This document shows positions 40,322 to 50,508 of a stretch of DNA of 64,000 nt, in pieces. The position numbers were made by a program, and so were the translations under genes. The stretch covers positions 128,596 through 192,595 of the forward strand of contig DATKGN010000013.1 in NCBI GenBank assembly GCA_035510735.1, given 5' to 3'. The stretch's first letter is position 1. Each line of letters begins with the position of its first letter. The notes beneath the pieces are model-generated. The model was given only the letters and a program-made list of their open reading frames with translations, searched no databases and was not told the DNA's origin. The DNA is from Patescibacteria group bacterium. GTDB lineage: Bacteria; Patescibacteriota; Microgenomatia; UBA10105; UBA927.

Positions 40322-40942
40322 TTACTGATGATATGTGCCGGTCAATGTTGCCTCCGAAATAATATGGTTCTTCATACTCTGTTCTAAGCCCGAAGCCGTT
40401 GTCGTGGCCAGAAGATTAATCATAGTGTCAAGTGCATAGAGGGTAAACACATACCGATGCGTTCCGGTCGGCGGACATGGAGGAGTGTATCCTACCTTTC
40501 CGGAACTGTTCGTTCCTTCAATAAATGCAGGAAGAGTAATACCTGCAGGAATTTCCTGGATTTGCGCAGGTATATTCCACAGAATCCAATGATGAAATAT
40601 ACCTCCTGGTGCATCCGGGTCATACAAAATTAATGCCAAAGAATTTACGCCGGACGGAACACCGGTGATAGTGAGCGGTGGATTAATGCCTTGCCCTAAA
40701 CACGAGTATTGCCGCGGAATTGCCTGCGAATCGGTAAATGCACTGCTCGTTAGTTTCATTGAACTTGCTCGTAACTTCGCACCCATACAGAGTTTCGTCG
40801 GTTTTGGTGCACTTGGTTTACCGTGCCTAACCCACGAGCCATTTTGACAAATCCAGTTATCTTCACCAGTGAACCCTCTGAGAACTACGAATGACAAACT
40901 CATCCCGACAATAACAGCTACGCTAAACCAAACCCACTTCAT
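40322..40942 (-). CDS. YbhB/YbcL (PEBP) family protein with an N-terminal anchor
   Basis: DPDAP..FHHW, PPCPP.G.HRY, with a TM and WICQNGSWVRHGKP module in front. Confidence 0.9.
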   Translation of the reverse strand: MKWVWFSVAVIVGMSLSFVVLRGFTGEDNWICQNGSWVRHGKPSAPKPTKLCMGAKLRASSMKLTSSAFTDSQAIPRQYSCLGQGINPPLTITGVPSGVNSLALILYDPDAPGGIFHHWILWNIPAQIQEIPAGITLPAFIEGTNSSGKVGYTPPCPPTGTHRYVFTLYALDTMINLLATTTASGLEQSMKNHIISEATLTGTYHQ

Positions 40943-40968
40943 ACTGTCATTATATCCCAATCAACTAA

Positions 40969-41463
40969 CTATCTTGCCACACTTTTATTTAGCGTTGCAT
41001 CCCAACACTCAGGAATCAGACTGGCAGGGAAATCCGGATATTGGGAAAGACTTTCACATTGGATTACCCCGTTCCCATCCCAAACGAGTTTCCAGGCGCC
41101 TGCAGTTTTTGCCGCGAACCATAATCCGCCGCCTGCCGAGGCCGAAGCCATTCCCTTCGCGAAGTTTCCCGAAATCGTACTGACCGTAATTGTCAATTCG
41201 TTGGCGCTGGTCCCGTGCTCGGCAATGAGCCCCTGCTTAACGACGCTTTTCAATGCTTCTGTTTCATCGACTGTTGCTTGCGGCGTTACTTGTACAGTTG
41301 GCGTAACTTGCGATGTTGATGTTGCGACAGGCTGCTGTTGAGTAATCACCGGGATAACATTATTAGATTGAGAAACCGGTGCCGTTTTGGTTCCCAAGTA
41401 ATATGCTCCGACCCCTACAACAACTAAACCGAATAGAAATATACCAATTGTTTTACCGTTCAT
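40969..41463 (-). CDS. Hypothetical membrane-anchored protein
   Basis: TM, Thr/Gln-rich linker and W.LVWDGNG...C...C domain. AAGGAGG RBS. Confidence 0.8.
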   Translation of the reverse strand: MNGKTIGIFLFGLVVVGVGAYYLGTKTAPVSQSNNVIPVITQQQPVATSTSQVTPTVQVTPQATVDETEALKSVVKQGLIAEHGTSANELTITVSTISGNFAKGMASASAGGGLWFAAKTAGAWKLVWDGNGVIQCESLSQYPDFPASLIPECWDATLNKSVAR

Positions 41464-41648
41464 ATTTCCTCCTTATCAATTCGTATAATAGTCCGAATAT
41501 AAATAAAATATGTACGATATCATATATTCTCTTTCACGATCTGATCTCCCTGAATCGGATTGATGGCAAAAGCCGCAAACAAAAGTTTCCTCAATTGCAA
41601 TACAATTATATATAGTAGCAACGTATATAATAATACGATTAGGAAAAC

Positions 41649-42668
41649 ATGAAGCAAAATTTACCTCTTGGAAAACTGGACTTCCCCGTACTCGAGCGTC
41701 TCCTGAGTAAATATAAAACGCAGTCAGATGCTCGTATAGTACAGGGACCCGCGCTTGGTGAGGACTGCGCAGTCCTGGAGTATTCAGATCATTACCTCAT
41801 CGTTAAAACCGATCCCATTACGTTCACCGCACAGGATATTGGTTGGTATACAGTTCAAATTAACGCAAACGATATAGCGACAACCGGCGCTACGCCTAAA
41901 TATTTTCTATCTACAATACTGCTCCCGTATACAAAAACCGATGAGGAAGATGCAGATCGAATCTTTGGGCAAATATCCGCTGCTAGTAAAGATCTGGGTA
42001 TATCAGTCATCGGAGGTCACACGGAAGTTACTCATGGGATAGACCGGCCGATAATAGCAGGAACCATGTTGGGCGAAGTGAAAAAAGACAAGCTTGTACT
42101 CACTTCCGGCGCTAAGCCTGGAGATGTCGTCATCCTCACTAAGGGCATCGCGATTGAAGGTACGTCGATAATCGCACGGGAAAAAGAGCATGAACTGCTT
42201 AAAAAAAATTACGACAAATCGTTTATTGAAACGTGTAAAAACTACATTCATACCCCCGGAATATCGGTCGTCAAAGACGCGCTAATAGCCAACCGTGAGG
42301 AAGTCCATGCAATGCATGATCCGACGGAGGGCGGCTTGTCCGCAGGGTTATATGAAATTGCTCATGCCTCAAAGGTTGGGCTGCTTGTGAACCGGAAAGC
42401 TATCCCAATTCTCCCTGAGTCGGAAGCTCTTTGCCGTGAATATGGTTTAGACCCTCTAAAAACAATTTCCTCAGGTGCCCTTTTAATTGCCGCACCAGTT
42501 CATAACGCAAACAAAATTATTGACGCGCTTCATAAAAATAATATCCACGCATCCATTATCGGTGAAGTAAAGGATCAATCATTCGGATTAAAAATATCCG
42601 ACGGAAAAACGATTAAAGCGTTAAATTATAGCGCCAAAGATGAAATTACCAAGATTTTTAACGAATAA
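41649..42668 (+). CDS. AIR-synthase-related (HypE/ThiL-like) family protein
   Basis: GEDCA, KTDPIT, NDIA..GA.P, GGHTE and MHDPTEGG. Confidence 0.88.
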   Translation: MKQNLPLGKLDFPVLERLLSKYKTQSDARIVQGPALGEDCAVLEYSDHYLIVKTDPITFTAQDIGWYTVQINANDIATTGATPKYFLSTILLPYTKTDEEDADRIFGQISAASKDLGISVIGGHTEVTHGIDRPIIAGTMLGEVKKDKLVLTSGAKPGDVVILTKGIAIEGTSIIAREKEHELLKKNYDKSFIETCKNYIHTPGISVVKDALIANREEVHAMHDPTEGGLSAGLYEIAHASKVGLLVNRKAIPILPESEALCREYGLDPLKTISSGALLIAAPVHNANKIIDALHKNNIHASIIGEVKDQSFGLKISDGKTIKALNYSAKDEITKIFNE

Positions 42669-42740
42669 TCATCAAGATTTACGCTCGAAACGACTAGCCG
42701 AAATCCCCATAGTTAACATAGCAGGAATAGCCCTGGCCTG

Positions 42741-42783
42741 TTGACAAACGCAATTCAGTTGCATATAATAAATGCAACTGAAT
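42741..42783 (+). promoter_or_regulatory. Consensus sigma70 promoter with a perfect 12-bp inverted repeat (candidate Zur operator)
   Basis: TTGACA-17 nt-TATAAT (42741-42769). ATTCAGTTGCAT-N7-ATGCAACTGAAT (42753-42783). Confidence 0.8.
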
Positions 42784-42792
42784 AACATTTAT

Positions 42793-43221
42793 ATGACGTT
42801 TCCGCAAAAACACGACTGCACGAATGAACTACATGACGCAGACCTTAAAGTGACCCCTGCGCGCATCGGAATTCTCAGTGCGCTTGAAACAACGAAGCTG
42901 CCTCTCGATATATCAGATCTTGTCCGATACCTGAGTGATCATAAAATACAAGCGGACCGTGTTACCGTATTCCGTAGTATGAATGTCCTGTCGGAAAAAG
43001 GATTGGTTAAACAAATCCAATTTAATGAGGGAAAATTGCGCTATGAATATGCGGCAAAACCTGACCATCATCATTTCGTCTGCGAAAAATGCGGGATGGT
43101 TGAAGATATTTCCCAGTGCAATGTTGAGAAAATAGAAAAAGATTTACAAAAAACGAAAGGACTGCTCATCAGACACCATAGTCTCGAATTTTTCGGACTA
43201 TGTGCGAAGTGTCAGCAATAA
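42793..43221 (+). CDS. zur: Fur-family regulator, probably Zur
   Basis: TPAR, TVFR, HHHFVC..CG and G.C..C. It heads a zinc ABC operon. Confidence 0.8.
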   Translation: MTFPQKHDCTNELHDADLKVTPARIGILSALETTKLPLDISDLVRYLSDHKIQADRVTVFRSMNVLSEKGLVKQIQFNEGKLRYEYAAKPDHHHFVCEKCGMVEDISQCNVEKIEKDLQKTKGLLIRHHSLEFFGLCAKCQQ

Positions 43222-43227
43222 TAGTTT

Positions 43228-44163
43228 ATGAGAAAAATGACGCTCGTTATTACTTCTCTATTTACCCTCACCGTTCTGGGAATTTTCATATATAAAACTC
43301 ATAGGAGGGCGTTTGATAACAGCAAAACAATGAATATGAATCGAAACAAAATTTCGGTCGTCACCTCATTTTATCCTTTGTACTTTTTCGCCGCAAAAAT
43401 CGGCGGAGATAAAGTAGCGGTTAAGAACATTACGCCTTCGGGGGCGGAACCGCATGACTATGATCCATCCACCCGGGATATTGCCGACATTGAAAAAAGT
43501 AACATTCTTGTTCTCAACGGCGGTGTTGAATCATGGGGAAACAAAATCAGAGATAACGTTAAAGGAACGGGTGTTATAGTCATAACCGCAGGAGATGGAC
43601 TTCTCACGCAGCAGGTAAATGAAGACGGACAAAATCAAACAGATCCTCATGTCTGGCTTGATCCGATTCTCGCAAAGAAGGAAGCGCACAAAATCGCGGA
43701 TGGCCTTATGAAAGCAGATTCAGTAAACGCAAAGTACTATCTGGAAAATGAAACAGCATTGGATAATCAGCTCGATTCACTCGACATTTCATACAAAAAT
43801 GGCTTGTCCTCGTGTAAAGAAAAGGACATAATTACTTCTCACGCGGCATTTGGATATTTAGCGACACGATATCACCTGACACAAGTGCCCATTGCAGGGC
43901 TTTCTCCTGACGCAGAACCTTCAGCGAAACAACTAGCGGATATTGCAACATTCGCGAGAGTGCATAATATTAACTATATTTTTTTTGAGAGTCTCGTAAG
44001 CCCAAAACTTTCTCAAACCATTGCTACCGAAATTGGGGCGAAAACCCTCGTACTTGACCCTATTGAAGGAGTAAGCGATGCTGATATGAAAATCGGGAAA
44101 AATTATCTGACGATTATGGAAAACAATTTAACAAACCTTCAAACTGCTCTTGATTGCAAATGA
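43228..44163 (+). CDS. znuA: Zinc ABC transporter substrate-binding protein
   Basis: EPHDY, DPHVWLDP and HAAFGY. Confidence 0.88.
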   Translation: MRKMTLVITSLFTLTVLGIFIYKTHRRAFDNSKTMNMNRNKISVVTSFYPLYFFAAKIGGDKVAVKNITPSGAEPHDYDPSTRDIADIEKSNILVLNGGVESWGNKIRDNVKGTGVIVITAGDGLLTQQVNEDGQNQTDPHVWLDPILAKKEAHKIADGLMKADSVNAKYYLENETALDNQLDSLDISYKNGLSSCKEKDIITSHAAFGYLATRYHLTQVPIAGLSPDAEPSAKQLADIATFARVHNINYIFFESLVSPKLSQTIATEIGAKTLVLDPIEGVSDADMKIGKNYLTIMENNLTNLQTALDCK

Positions 44164-44936
44164 TAGATCATACAAAAAATATCATCGAACTCCGCAATGT
44201 TTCATATTCGTATAATGGAAAAGAAAAAATTGTGGATGACGTCACACTTGCAATTCACGAGGGTGATTATCTCGGAATCATCGGCCCGAACGGTGGAGGA
44301 AAAACCACCGTTTTGAAAATCATGCTCGGTCTACTTCGCCCGACAGTGGGGTCAGTGTACTTGTTTAATCAGACTATTTCTTCATTCCATGATTGGCATA
44401 AAATCGGATATGTCCCGCAAAAGGCAACGTCTATCGATATTAATTTTCCTGCAACAGTTGAAGAGGTTGTTTCCATGGGTACATACGCTAGACGCGGCGT
44501 ATTGCATTTCACTAATTCTGACGATGGTAAAAAAGTCGAAAAAGCTTTGTCTCAGGTTGAGATGCTTCCGTATAAAGACAGGCGAATCGGTGATCTTTCC
44601 GGAGGACAACAACAGCGAGTTTTTATTGCAAGAGCGCTGGCTGCGGAACCGGAAGTTATTTTTTTGGATGAACCCACCGTAGGCGTCGACTTAAAAACGC
44701 AGGAAAGCTTTTATTTACTTCTGCGGAAACTTAATAGAGATTTTCACTTAACGCTCGTTCTGGTTTCCCATGAAATCGATATCATCGCACGGGAAACGAC
44801 TGAAGTTGCATATATCAACGGTCGTTTGGTCAGTTATTGTACACCTGACGAACTCGCTAAAAAAGGCGGTCTCGAACACTTATACGGAAAGGGGTTGAAA
44901 TATATTTTGCATGATCACGGCAGTGTTATTAAATAA
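44160..44936 (+). CDS. znuC: Metal ABC transporter ATP-binding protein
   Basis: GPNGGGKTT, IGYVPQ, LSGGQQQR and LDEP. Confidence 0.88.
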   Translation: MIDHTKNIIELRNVSYSYNGKEKIVDDVTLAIHEGDYLGIIGPNGGGKTTVLKIMLGLLRPTVGSVYLFNQTISSFHDWHKIGYVPQKATSIDINFPATVEEVVSMGTYARRGVLHFTNSDDGKKVEKALSQVEMLPYKDRRIGDLSGGQQQRVFIARALAAEPEVIFLDEPTVGVDLKTQESFYLLLRKLNRDFHLTLVLVSHEIDIIARETTEVAYINGRLVSYCTPDELAKKGGLEHLYGKGLKYILHDHGSVIK

Positions 44937-44938
44937 CT

Positions 44939-45736
44939 ATGTTTGAAATGTTTCAGTACAGTTTTATCGTCCGCGGGTTTGAAGCCGGGCTCATTATTGC
45001 CTTCATAGCTCCCCTTATCGGAATGTTTTTGGTTTTACGAAGATATTCACTTATCGCAGATACGCTTTCTCACGTGTCTTTAGCTGGTGTTGCAATTGGC
45101 CTCTTATTGAGAATTAACCCTCTGGTTACGGCAATTACCACAGCCGTCGTATCGTCCGTTGCGATAGAACGCCTCAGAATTTCCAAAAAAATTTACGGAG
45201 AATCTGCTTTAGCAATTTTTTTATCAGGAAGCTTGGCTCTTGCGATCGTACTTATCAGCCTCGCCCATGGATTTAACGTCGACCTATTCAATTATCTTTT
45301 CGGAAGTATAGTAACCGTAAAACAATCGGATGTGTATATTATCGGAGGATTAGGAGTTTTTGTTTTAGTAACTATTATCGCATTATATAAAGAACTCGTT
45401 TACATAACTTTCGATGAAGAATCAGCGCAAGTCAGCGGTATCCCGACTAAAATAATTAATATATTTCTCATCGCTTTAACAGCGCTGACCGTCTCCGTAG
45501 CTATACCAATCGTCGGTGTACTCCTTATCGCGGCACTCATTGTTATCCCAATTGTTACTGCGTTGCAATTCAGACAAAGTTTTAAAAGTACAATAGTTAT
45601 AGCTGAAGTTATATCAGTATTTTCCGTTGTATCGGGTATAATCAGTTCTTATTATCTCAACCTATCATCGGGCGGGTGTATTGTGCTTATCTCTATATTC
45701 ATATTCGTTATCGTGGAGTTACTGACAAATTCCTGA
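44939..45736 (+). CDS. znuB: Metal ABC transporter permease
   Basis: DTLSHVSLAG, YLFGSI and VGVLLI. Confidence 0.88.
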   Translation: MFEMFQYSFIVRGFEAGLIIAFIAPLIGMFLVLRRYSLIADTLSHVSLAGVAIGLLLRINPLVTAITTAVVSSVAIERLRISKKIYGESALAIFLSGSLALAIVLISLAHGFNVDLFNYLFGSIVTVKQSDVYIIGGLGVFVLVTIIALYKELVYITFDEESAQVSGIPTKIINIFLIALTALTVSVAIPIVGVLLIAALIVIPIVTALQFRQSFKSTIVIAEVISVFSVVSGIISSYYLNLSSGGCIVLISIFIFVIVELLTNS

Positions 45737-45751
45737 TATTATAACGCGTAC

Positions 45752-46891
45752 ATGCGAAGAATTTCCCGGCTACTTTTTATACTTGTTTCGGCATTTGTTA
45801 TCTTCTCTAATCTTCCGGTTGTCCATGCGAAGGACACAGCCGGCCAGGCGCCTGAGACGTTCTACAAAGCGGAGGTAGAGGCCATTTTGGATCAGGGAGA
45901 AATCCGCGCCTATGGATTTGTAAATCCTTATCAGAAGGTCAAGGTTAAAATCGAAAACGGTGATATTGAAAATAAAGAGATTGTCATAGTCCAGGGACAG
46001 GATATTCACATCGACCCAAGCCAATTGGTACAGGCAGGACAGACGATCGTCGTTACAAAAATTAAAGGGCCCGACGGTCAGGACTCATATCAGATCGCCG
46101 ATACCTACAGACTCGATAAATTAACGACGATCATTATCATTTTCTTTATTGCAATCATCGTATTGAGCGGATGGCAGGGGTTGGGTTCAATTTTCGGGAT
46201 GATCGTAAGTTTGGTTGTTATTGCAAAATTCGTCATCCCTCAAATATTAGCGGGTCACGATCCCCTATTTATCAGTATCGTCGGTTGTCTGGTTATTATG
46301 TTCATAACGATTTATCTGGCCCACGGATTTTCCAAAAAAACAACCATCGCCCTTATTTCAACATTCTTAACGCTTATTCTGACCGGCGCGCTTTCAACCC
46401 TCTTCGTCCACATGACTTTTTTATCAGGTCTCGGAAGTGATGATGCATACGCATTGCAAATCGGTCCGGAAGCAAAAATAAATTTCCGGGGTTTACTCTT
46501 AGGAGGCATCCTTATAGGGACCTTAGGTGTGCTGGATGACGTAACGACAGGCCTCTCGGCTTCTGTGTTTGAACTCTATAAAGCAAACCCGAAAATAAGC
46601 TTTGGGCAGTTATTAAAATCAGGCCTCGCCATCGGCCGGGAACATATCTCTTCCCTCGTTAACACGTTGGTTTTGGCGTACGCCGGCGCATCGCTTCCGA
46701 TTTTTCTCACACTTGTACTGAATCCGAACAATTATCCGCTCTGGTCGATCCTTAATAGTGAACTCATCGTCGAGGAAATTGTGAGAACCTTGGCAGGAAG
46801 TATCGGACTGGTTGCTGCAGTGCCTTTGACAACGTTCCTCGCGACGATATATATAACCGAGTTTTATTCAAAATCTAAAAAAACGAATTAA
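45752..46891 (+). CDS. YibE/F family membrane protein
   Basis: LGVLDDVT, NTLVLAYAG and EIVR.L.GSIG. Confidence 0.9.
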   Translation: MRRISRLLFILVSAFVIFSNLPVVHAKDTAGQAPETFYKAEVEAILDQGEIRAYGFVNPYQKVKVKIENGDIENKEIVIVQGQDIHIDPSQLVQAGQTIVVTKIKGPDGQDSYQIADTYRLDKLTTIIIIFFIAIIVLSGWQGLGSIFGMIVSLVVIAKFVIPQILAGHDPLFISIVGCLVIMFITIYLAHGFSKKTTIALISTFLTLILTGALSTLFVHMTFLSGLGSDDAYALQIGPEAKINFRGLLLGGILIGTLGVLDDVTTGLSASVFELYKANPKISFGQLLKSGLAIGREHISSLVNTLVLAYAGASLPIFLTLVLNPNNYPLWSILNSELIVEEIVRTLAGSIGLVAAVPLTTFLATIYITEFYSKSKKTN

Positions 46892-46895
46892 TCCG

Positions 46896-47918
46896 ATGAA
46901 AACCAAGGAACGGTATATTCATATAGATATCCTCCGCGCGATCGCAATTCTCGGCGTCATGCTGACCCACTCCTTAGCGGTATTTTTGGGTCCCGACAAA
47001 ATAAATATCTTCTGGAACTATCTGCATTTCGTTGTTGTCGCGTTCGTCGGATGTTCGGGGTACGTTACCGCGTTTTCATATAAAAGATTAGGTGATATGA
47101 ATCTGCTCTCATGGTACGGAAAGCGATTCATTCGGCTCTACATACCCTACGCTCTATACGTCGTATCATTCGCGCTTCTTGGCCTTCTGTTACCAGTATT
47201 TTTTCATTATACCGGCATTTCCTATACCGGGAAGTTTTTCCTGTCTTCATTTTTACTCACCGGAGGCGTTGATGTCGGATGGCTTACGCTATTATTTATC
47301 CAGCTTGCTCTGATTACCCCGTTACTTGTTGGGTTACTGAATAATAAGCGGGCGCTTATACTTTTCCTGACGGCGATCGGCCTATTCACACTTGTAACCG
47401 CATTTTTCAGAATTCCCACAATGTACTCCCGAGCAATCGCCTGGCTCCCCTGGGCCGGCATCTTTCTCCTTGGGGGGATACTTGCACAAAGGGACTCCGC
47501 AAAAACCCCAAAGTCCTCAAACGGTATTCTCTTGTTTGCGGTCCTGTCTTTCGGCACGTGGTTACTATTACGCTTCCTGCTTAGTAACTTACATTCACCG
47601 CTGACGTTCACGCTTCATAAATATCCGCCTGACTTATTTTACCTGTCTTACGGAATAGCTATTGCCGGTGTCATGTATTGGGTAGCATCAAGGTATCAAA
47701 ATCGCCTGCAATCCGCCAATTCCCCGATTGCATTTTTAAGCAAACACTCCTACGGTATGTTTTTTCTTCATCTCATCATTCTTAACGGAATAACAACGGT
47801 AACGAAACATGGTTCGGCGCTGTTCGTGAGTTTTATATCAATCACTCTGACGATCCTGATGACATGGATTTGGATGAAAATAACAGAACGGATTGTGTCC
47901 GGGGGTCAGGGCGCGTAA
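46896..47918 (+). CDS. Acyltransferase-3 family membrane protein
   Basis: IDILRAIAI..V...H, KRF.RL..PY and SYG.F..H. Confidence 0.85.
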   Translation: MKTKERYIHIDILRAIAILGVMLTHSLAVFLGPDKINIFWNYLHFVVVAFVGCSGYVTAFSYKRLGDMNLLSWYGKRFIRLYIPYALYVVSFALLGLLLPVFFHYTGISYTGKFFLSSFLLTGGVDVGWLTLLFIQLALITPLLVGLLNNKRALILFLTAIGLFTLVTAFFRIPTMYSRAIAWLPWAGIFLLGGILAQRDSAKTPKSSNGILLFAVLSFGTWLLLRFLLSNLHSPLTFTLHKYPPDLFYLSYGIAIAGVMYWVASRYQNRLQSANSPIAFLSKHSYGMFFLHLIILNGITTVTKHGSALFVSFISITLTILMTWIWMKITERIVSGGQGA

Positions 47919-48854
47919 TTATTTCACTATCTCAGCAATTGGATAAGCTACCGGGTCGTGCCGTTTATGCACAATTAACTCTCCTATAAGCCCTGTCGAA
48001 ACCATCTGCATTCCGAAAAGAACAAACATCATACCTGCGAATAACAGAGGCCTGCGAATGATCGATTGCCCCATGAAATGAAGTACGGTTAAATAGGTAA
48101 GGATTCCAATACCTATTAAAATACTGACCCCTCCTGCCGTACCAAAAACCTGCATCGGCTGATGTTCAAATGATGTAATAAATAGTGTACTCGTCAGGTC
48201 AAAAAATGCGTGAATGATCCGCCCGTTATTAAACTTCGACTTGCCGTATCGACGCGCGTGATGAGTGACGGGAACTTCGCTGACCCGGAATCCGCGTGCA
48301 GCCGCAAGAACAGGAAAATATCTATGCAGTTCGCCGTACAGATGAATTTCATTAGCGACGTCGCGGGTACAAACCTTCAAACCCGAATTCATATCATGAA
48401 GTTTCACGCCATAGGCCCGTGACACAACTGAGTTAAATAAACGTGAGGATAACCGTTTAATAAAACTATCACGACGGTTCGTTCTCCAACCAATCACCAG
48501 ATCGCTTTCCGCTTTCAATCGCTCAAGTAGTTGCGGGATCTCTGCCGGTTCATCCTGCAGATCCGCGTCCAGTGTTACAAGATACTCTCCTTTTGCGTGG
48601 GAAAATCCAATAGATAATGCGGCGGACTTCCCCAAATTTTTCCTGAATCGGAGAAGGACCATGTTGCGTTTTGCCTGAGTCCTCAGGGATTTAAGTTCTT
48701 CAAAACCGTGGTCGGTGCTCCCGTCATCAATAAAAACATACTCGATAATATCCCATCCTACCGGTTTTACCCGGTCAAGTTGCGCGATGAGTTCGCCCAA
48801 ACTTTCCCGCTCATTGTAAAACGGGATAACGATGCTTACCGTCCGTTGTTTCAT
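47919..48854 (-). CDS. GT2 glycosyltransferase (ArnC/DPM1-like)
   Basis: SIVIPFYNE, DDGSTD, LDADLQD and two C-terminal TMs. Confidence 0.92.
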   Translation of the reverse strand: MKQRTVSIVIPFYNERESLGELIAQLDRVKPVGWDIIEYVFIDDGSTDHGFEELKSLRTQAKRNMVLLRFRKNLGKSAALSIGFSHAKGEYLVTLDADLQDEPAEIPQLLERLKAESDLVIGWRTNRRDSFIKRLSSRLFNSVVSRAYGVKLHDMNSGLKVCTRDVANEIHLYGELHRYFPVLAAARGFRVSEVPVTHHARRYGKSKFNNGRIIHAFFDLTSTLFITSFEHQPMQVFGTAGGVSILIGIGILTYLTVLHFMGQSIIRRPLLFAGMMFVLFGMQMVSTGLIGELIVHKRHDPVAYPIAEIVK

Positions 48855-50347
48855 AATGTTTGTCGTTTAAATGCGAAAAATAAACCACTTTGGGCGACCA
48901 ACTGGTAATTCTTATCAAACAGTAATGATTGTAATACACGCTGCTGTTCGTCGCCACTCGGCCATGCATATTGGTCACCCAATAATACTACGACATAGTC
49001 AGCATTGGTAGCGTTAATAGGATAATTATATAAAAATTCTCTTTCGGAAAAATGAGCGCCGATATTATTAGTGACTGAAACACTGTATCGTGAAGGAATG
49101 TTAACTGCCACTTGTTTCATCGCCGCCTTTTCTGGCTGAACGGTATGAAAAAACCAAAACCGGGAACGGGCTCCGTACGGCAACTCTCCCCAATAATATA
49201 CTGACCCTAAAATACATACACCCGCAATGACCGAAAGGATTTTCCAACTATTTTTCTTCACGAAAGTTTTTGTCCGGAGCGTAGATTCTGCGACGGCAAA
49301 ACCGTAAATTGATGATACAAACACCCAGGGGGTGATCCCGCTTGTATATTGATAATCGATCATGCGCATGAGTTGATTGTTGCTCAGTGCATTGATACCA
49401 AGATTCGGCAGAGCAAATATCATCGTCCACGGAGATAATAATGATAAAAATGCGGTTGGAACTAATAATTGGTAATAATAGTGGAGTCTGTCTGGAGCAA
49501 ATGCGGATACAAAGGCTTGCCACGGGTGTTTAAGAATATTCTTCAGAATTTCATTGATGCTTCCCCCGTAATCAGAGAGATACTCAAGGGCCCAATATTG
49601 TTTTGACGGAGTCACGGCGGGTATAAATTTCCAAAATAATAAATAAAACATAACCGAACTGACGGCAAAAACGGCTGCTCCAAACGCTTTGAATTTCGGT
49701 TTGAAAAACCAACAGATGCCTAGCATCGCTGATATTACCCAGAACTGCTCTTTCCCAAGCGCGGCAAGCACGATGAATATACTAAATGCAACAGGATTTT
49801 CAACGACAAAGTACCAATAGGCGAATAATAAAAATGTTGTCGTGAGTGAGGTAGCATGGAAATCATGAAGCGTATTCATCTGTATCGTCGGATATAACAA
49901 ATATGCCGTACTGAAGAGTAATGCTATCCAGTTTCTTTTGAGAACTTTCTTCGCCAGCCAATAAATGGGGACAGCGCCGCATGCAAGCGCAACTGCCTGG
50001 ATAATGAGAAGCATCTTCGGGTTTGACCAGATGAGATAAAACGGTGCAAGTAATATGAGAAGGAAATCAGCGTGGACAGCGAGACGTGATTCCTGTGCGG
50101 TACCCATGGGATCAGTGAGCGTAAATCCGTTCCCGTGAAGTACGTTCCAAACCGTCTGATCCATATTACCCAAATCCAATCGGAGCGAAAAAAAATTGTC
50201 GTGCCGGAGGAAAGAATCATACGTAAAGTATCCGATGAAGAGAACAATCAGGAATAGCAACAACAACTTGACGGTTCTTTCCGATGCCAATATTTGTCGT
50301 AATTTATTAAACCAATCCGGGGAACGCGAATTCTTTTTTTTCTGCAT
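48851..50347 (-). CDS. DUF2079 family membrane protein (GT-C-like)
   Basis: DLG...Q, H......LAP.Y, DFH and KE motifs with many TMs. Confidence 0.85.
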   Translation of the reverse strand: MQKKKNSRSPDWFNKLRQILASERTVKLLLLFLIVLFIGYFTYDSFLRHDNFFSLRLDLGNMDQTVWNVLHGNGFTLTDPMGTAQESRLAVHADFLLILLAPFYLIWSNPKMLLIIQAVALACGAVPIYWLAKKVLKRNWIALLFSTAYLLYPTIQMNTLHDFHATSLTTTFLLFAYWYFVVENPVAFSIFIVLAALGKEQFWVISAMLGICWFFKPKFKAFGAAVFAVSSVMFYLLFWKFIPAVTPSKQYWALEYLSDYGGSINEILKNILKHPWQAFVSAFAPDRLHYYYQLLVPTAFLSLLSPWTMIFALPNLGINALSNNQLMRMIDYQYTSGITPWVFVSSIYGFAVAESTLRTKTFVKKNSWKILSVIAGVCILGSVYYWGELPYGARSRFWFFHTVQPEKAAMKQVAVNIPSRYSVSVTNNIGAHFSEREFLYNYPINATNADYVVVLLGDQYAWPSGDEQQRVLQSLLFDKNYQLVAQSGLFFAFKRQTL

Positions 50348-50380
50348 CGAAATATTTGTAATAATAATTTATAAAATTAT

Positions 50381-50489
50381 CTCACGCTTATCTGAAGGTG
50401 AGCTGAATATTGGCCTATGACGACTATTAATAGCAGCTATTGTGCCATCTTACGCTATTTGATGCAAGCAGGCTCATTCATCCGTGAGC
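50381..50489 (-). ncRNA. Candidate small structured RNA, 6S-RNA-like
   Basis: Extended -10 (TGG-TACTAT) immediately upstream. Closing stem CTCACG/CGTGAG with TGAGC/GCTCA, a central bubble and an apical stem. Confidence 0.35.
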
Positions 50490-50508
50490 TGGCATAGTAC
50501 CATACAGT

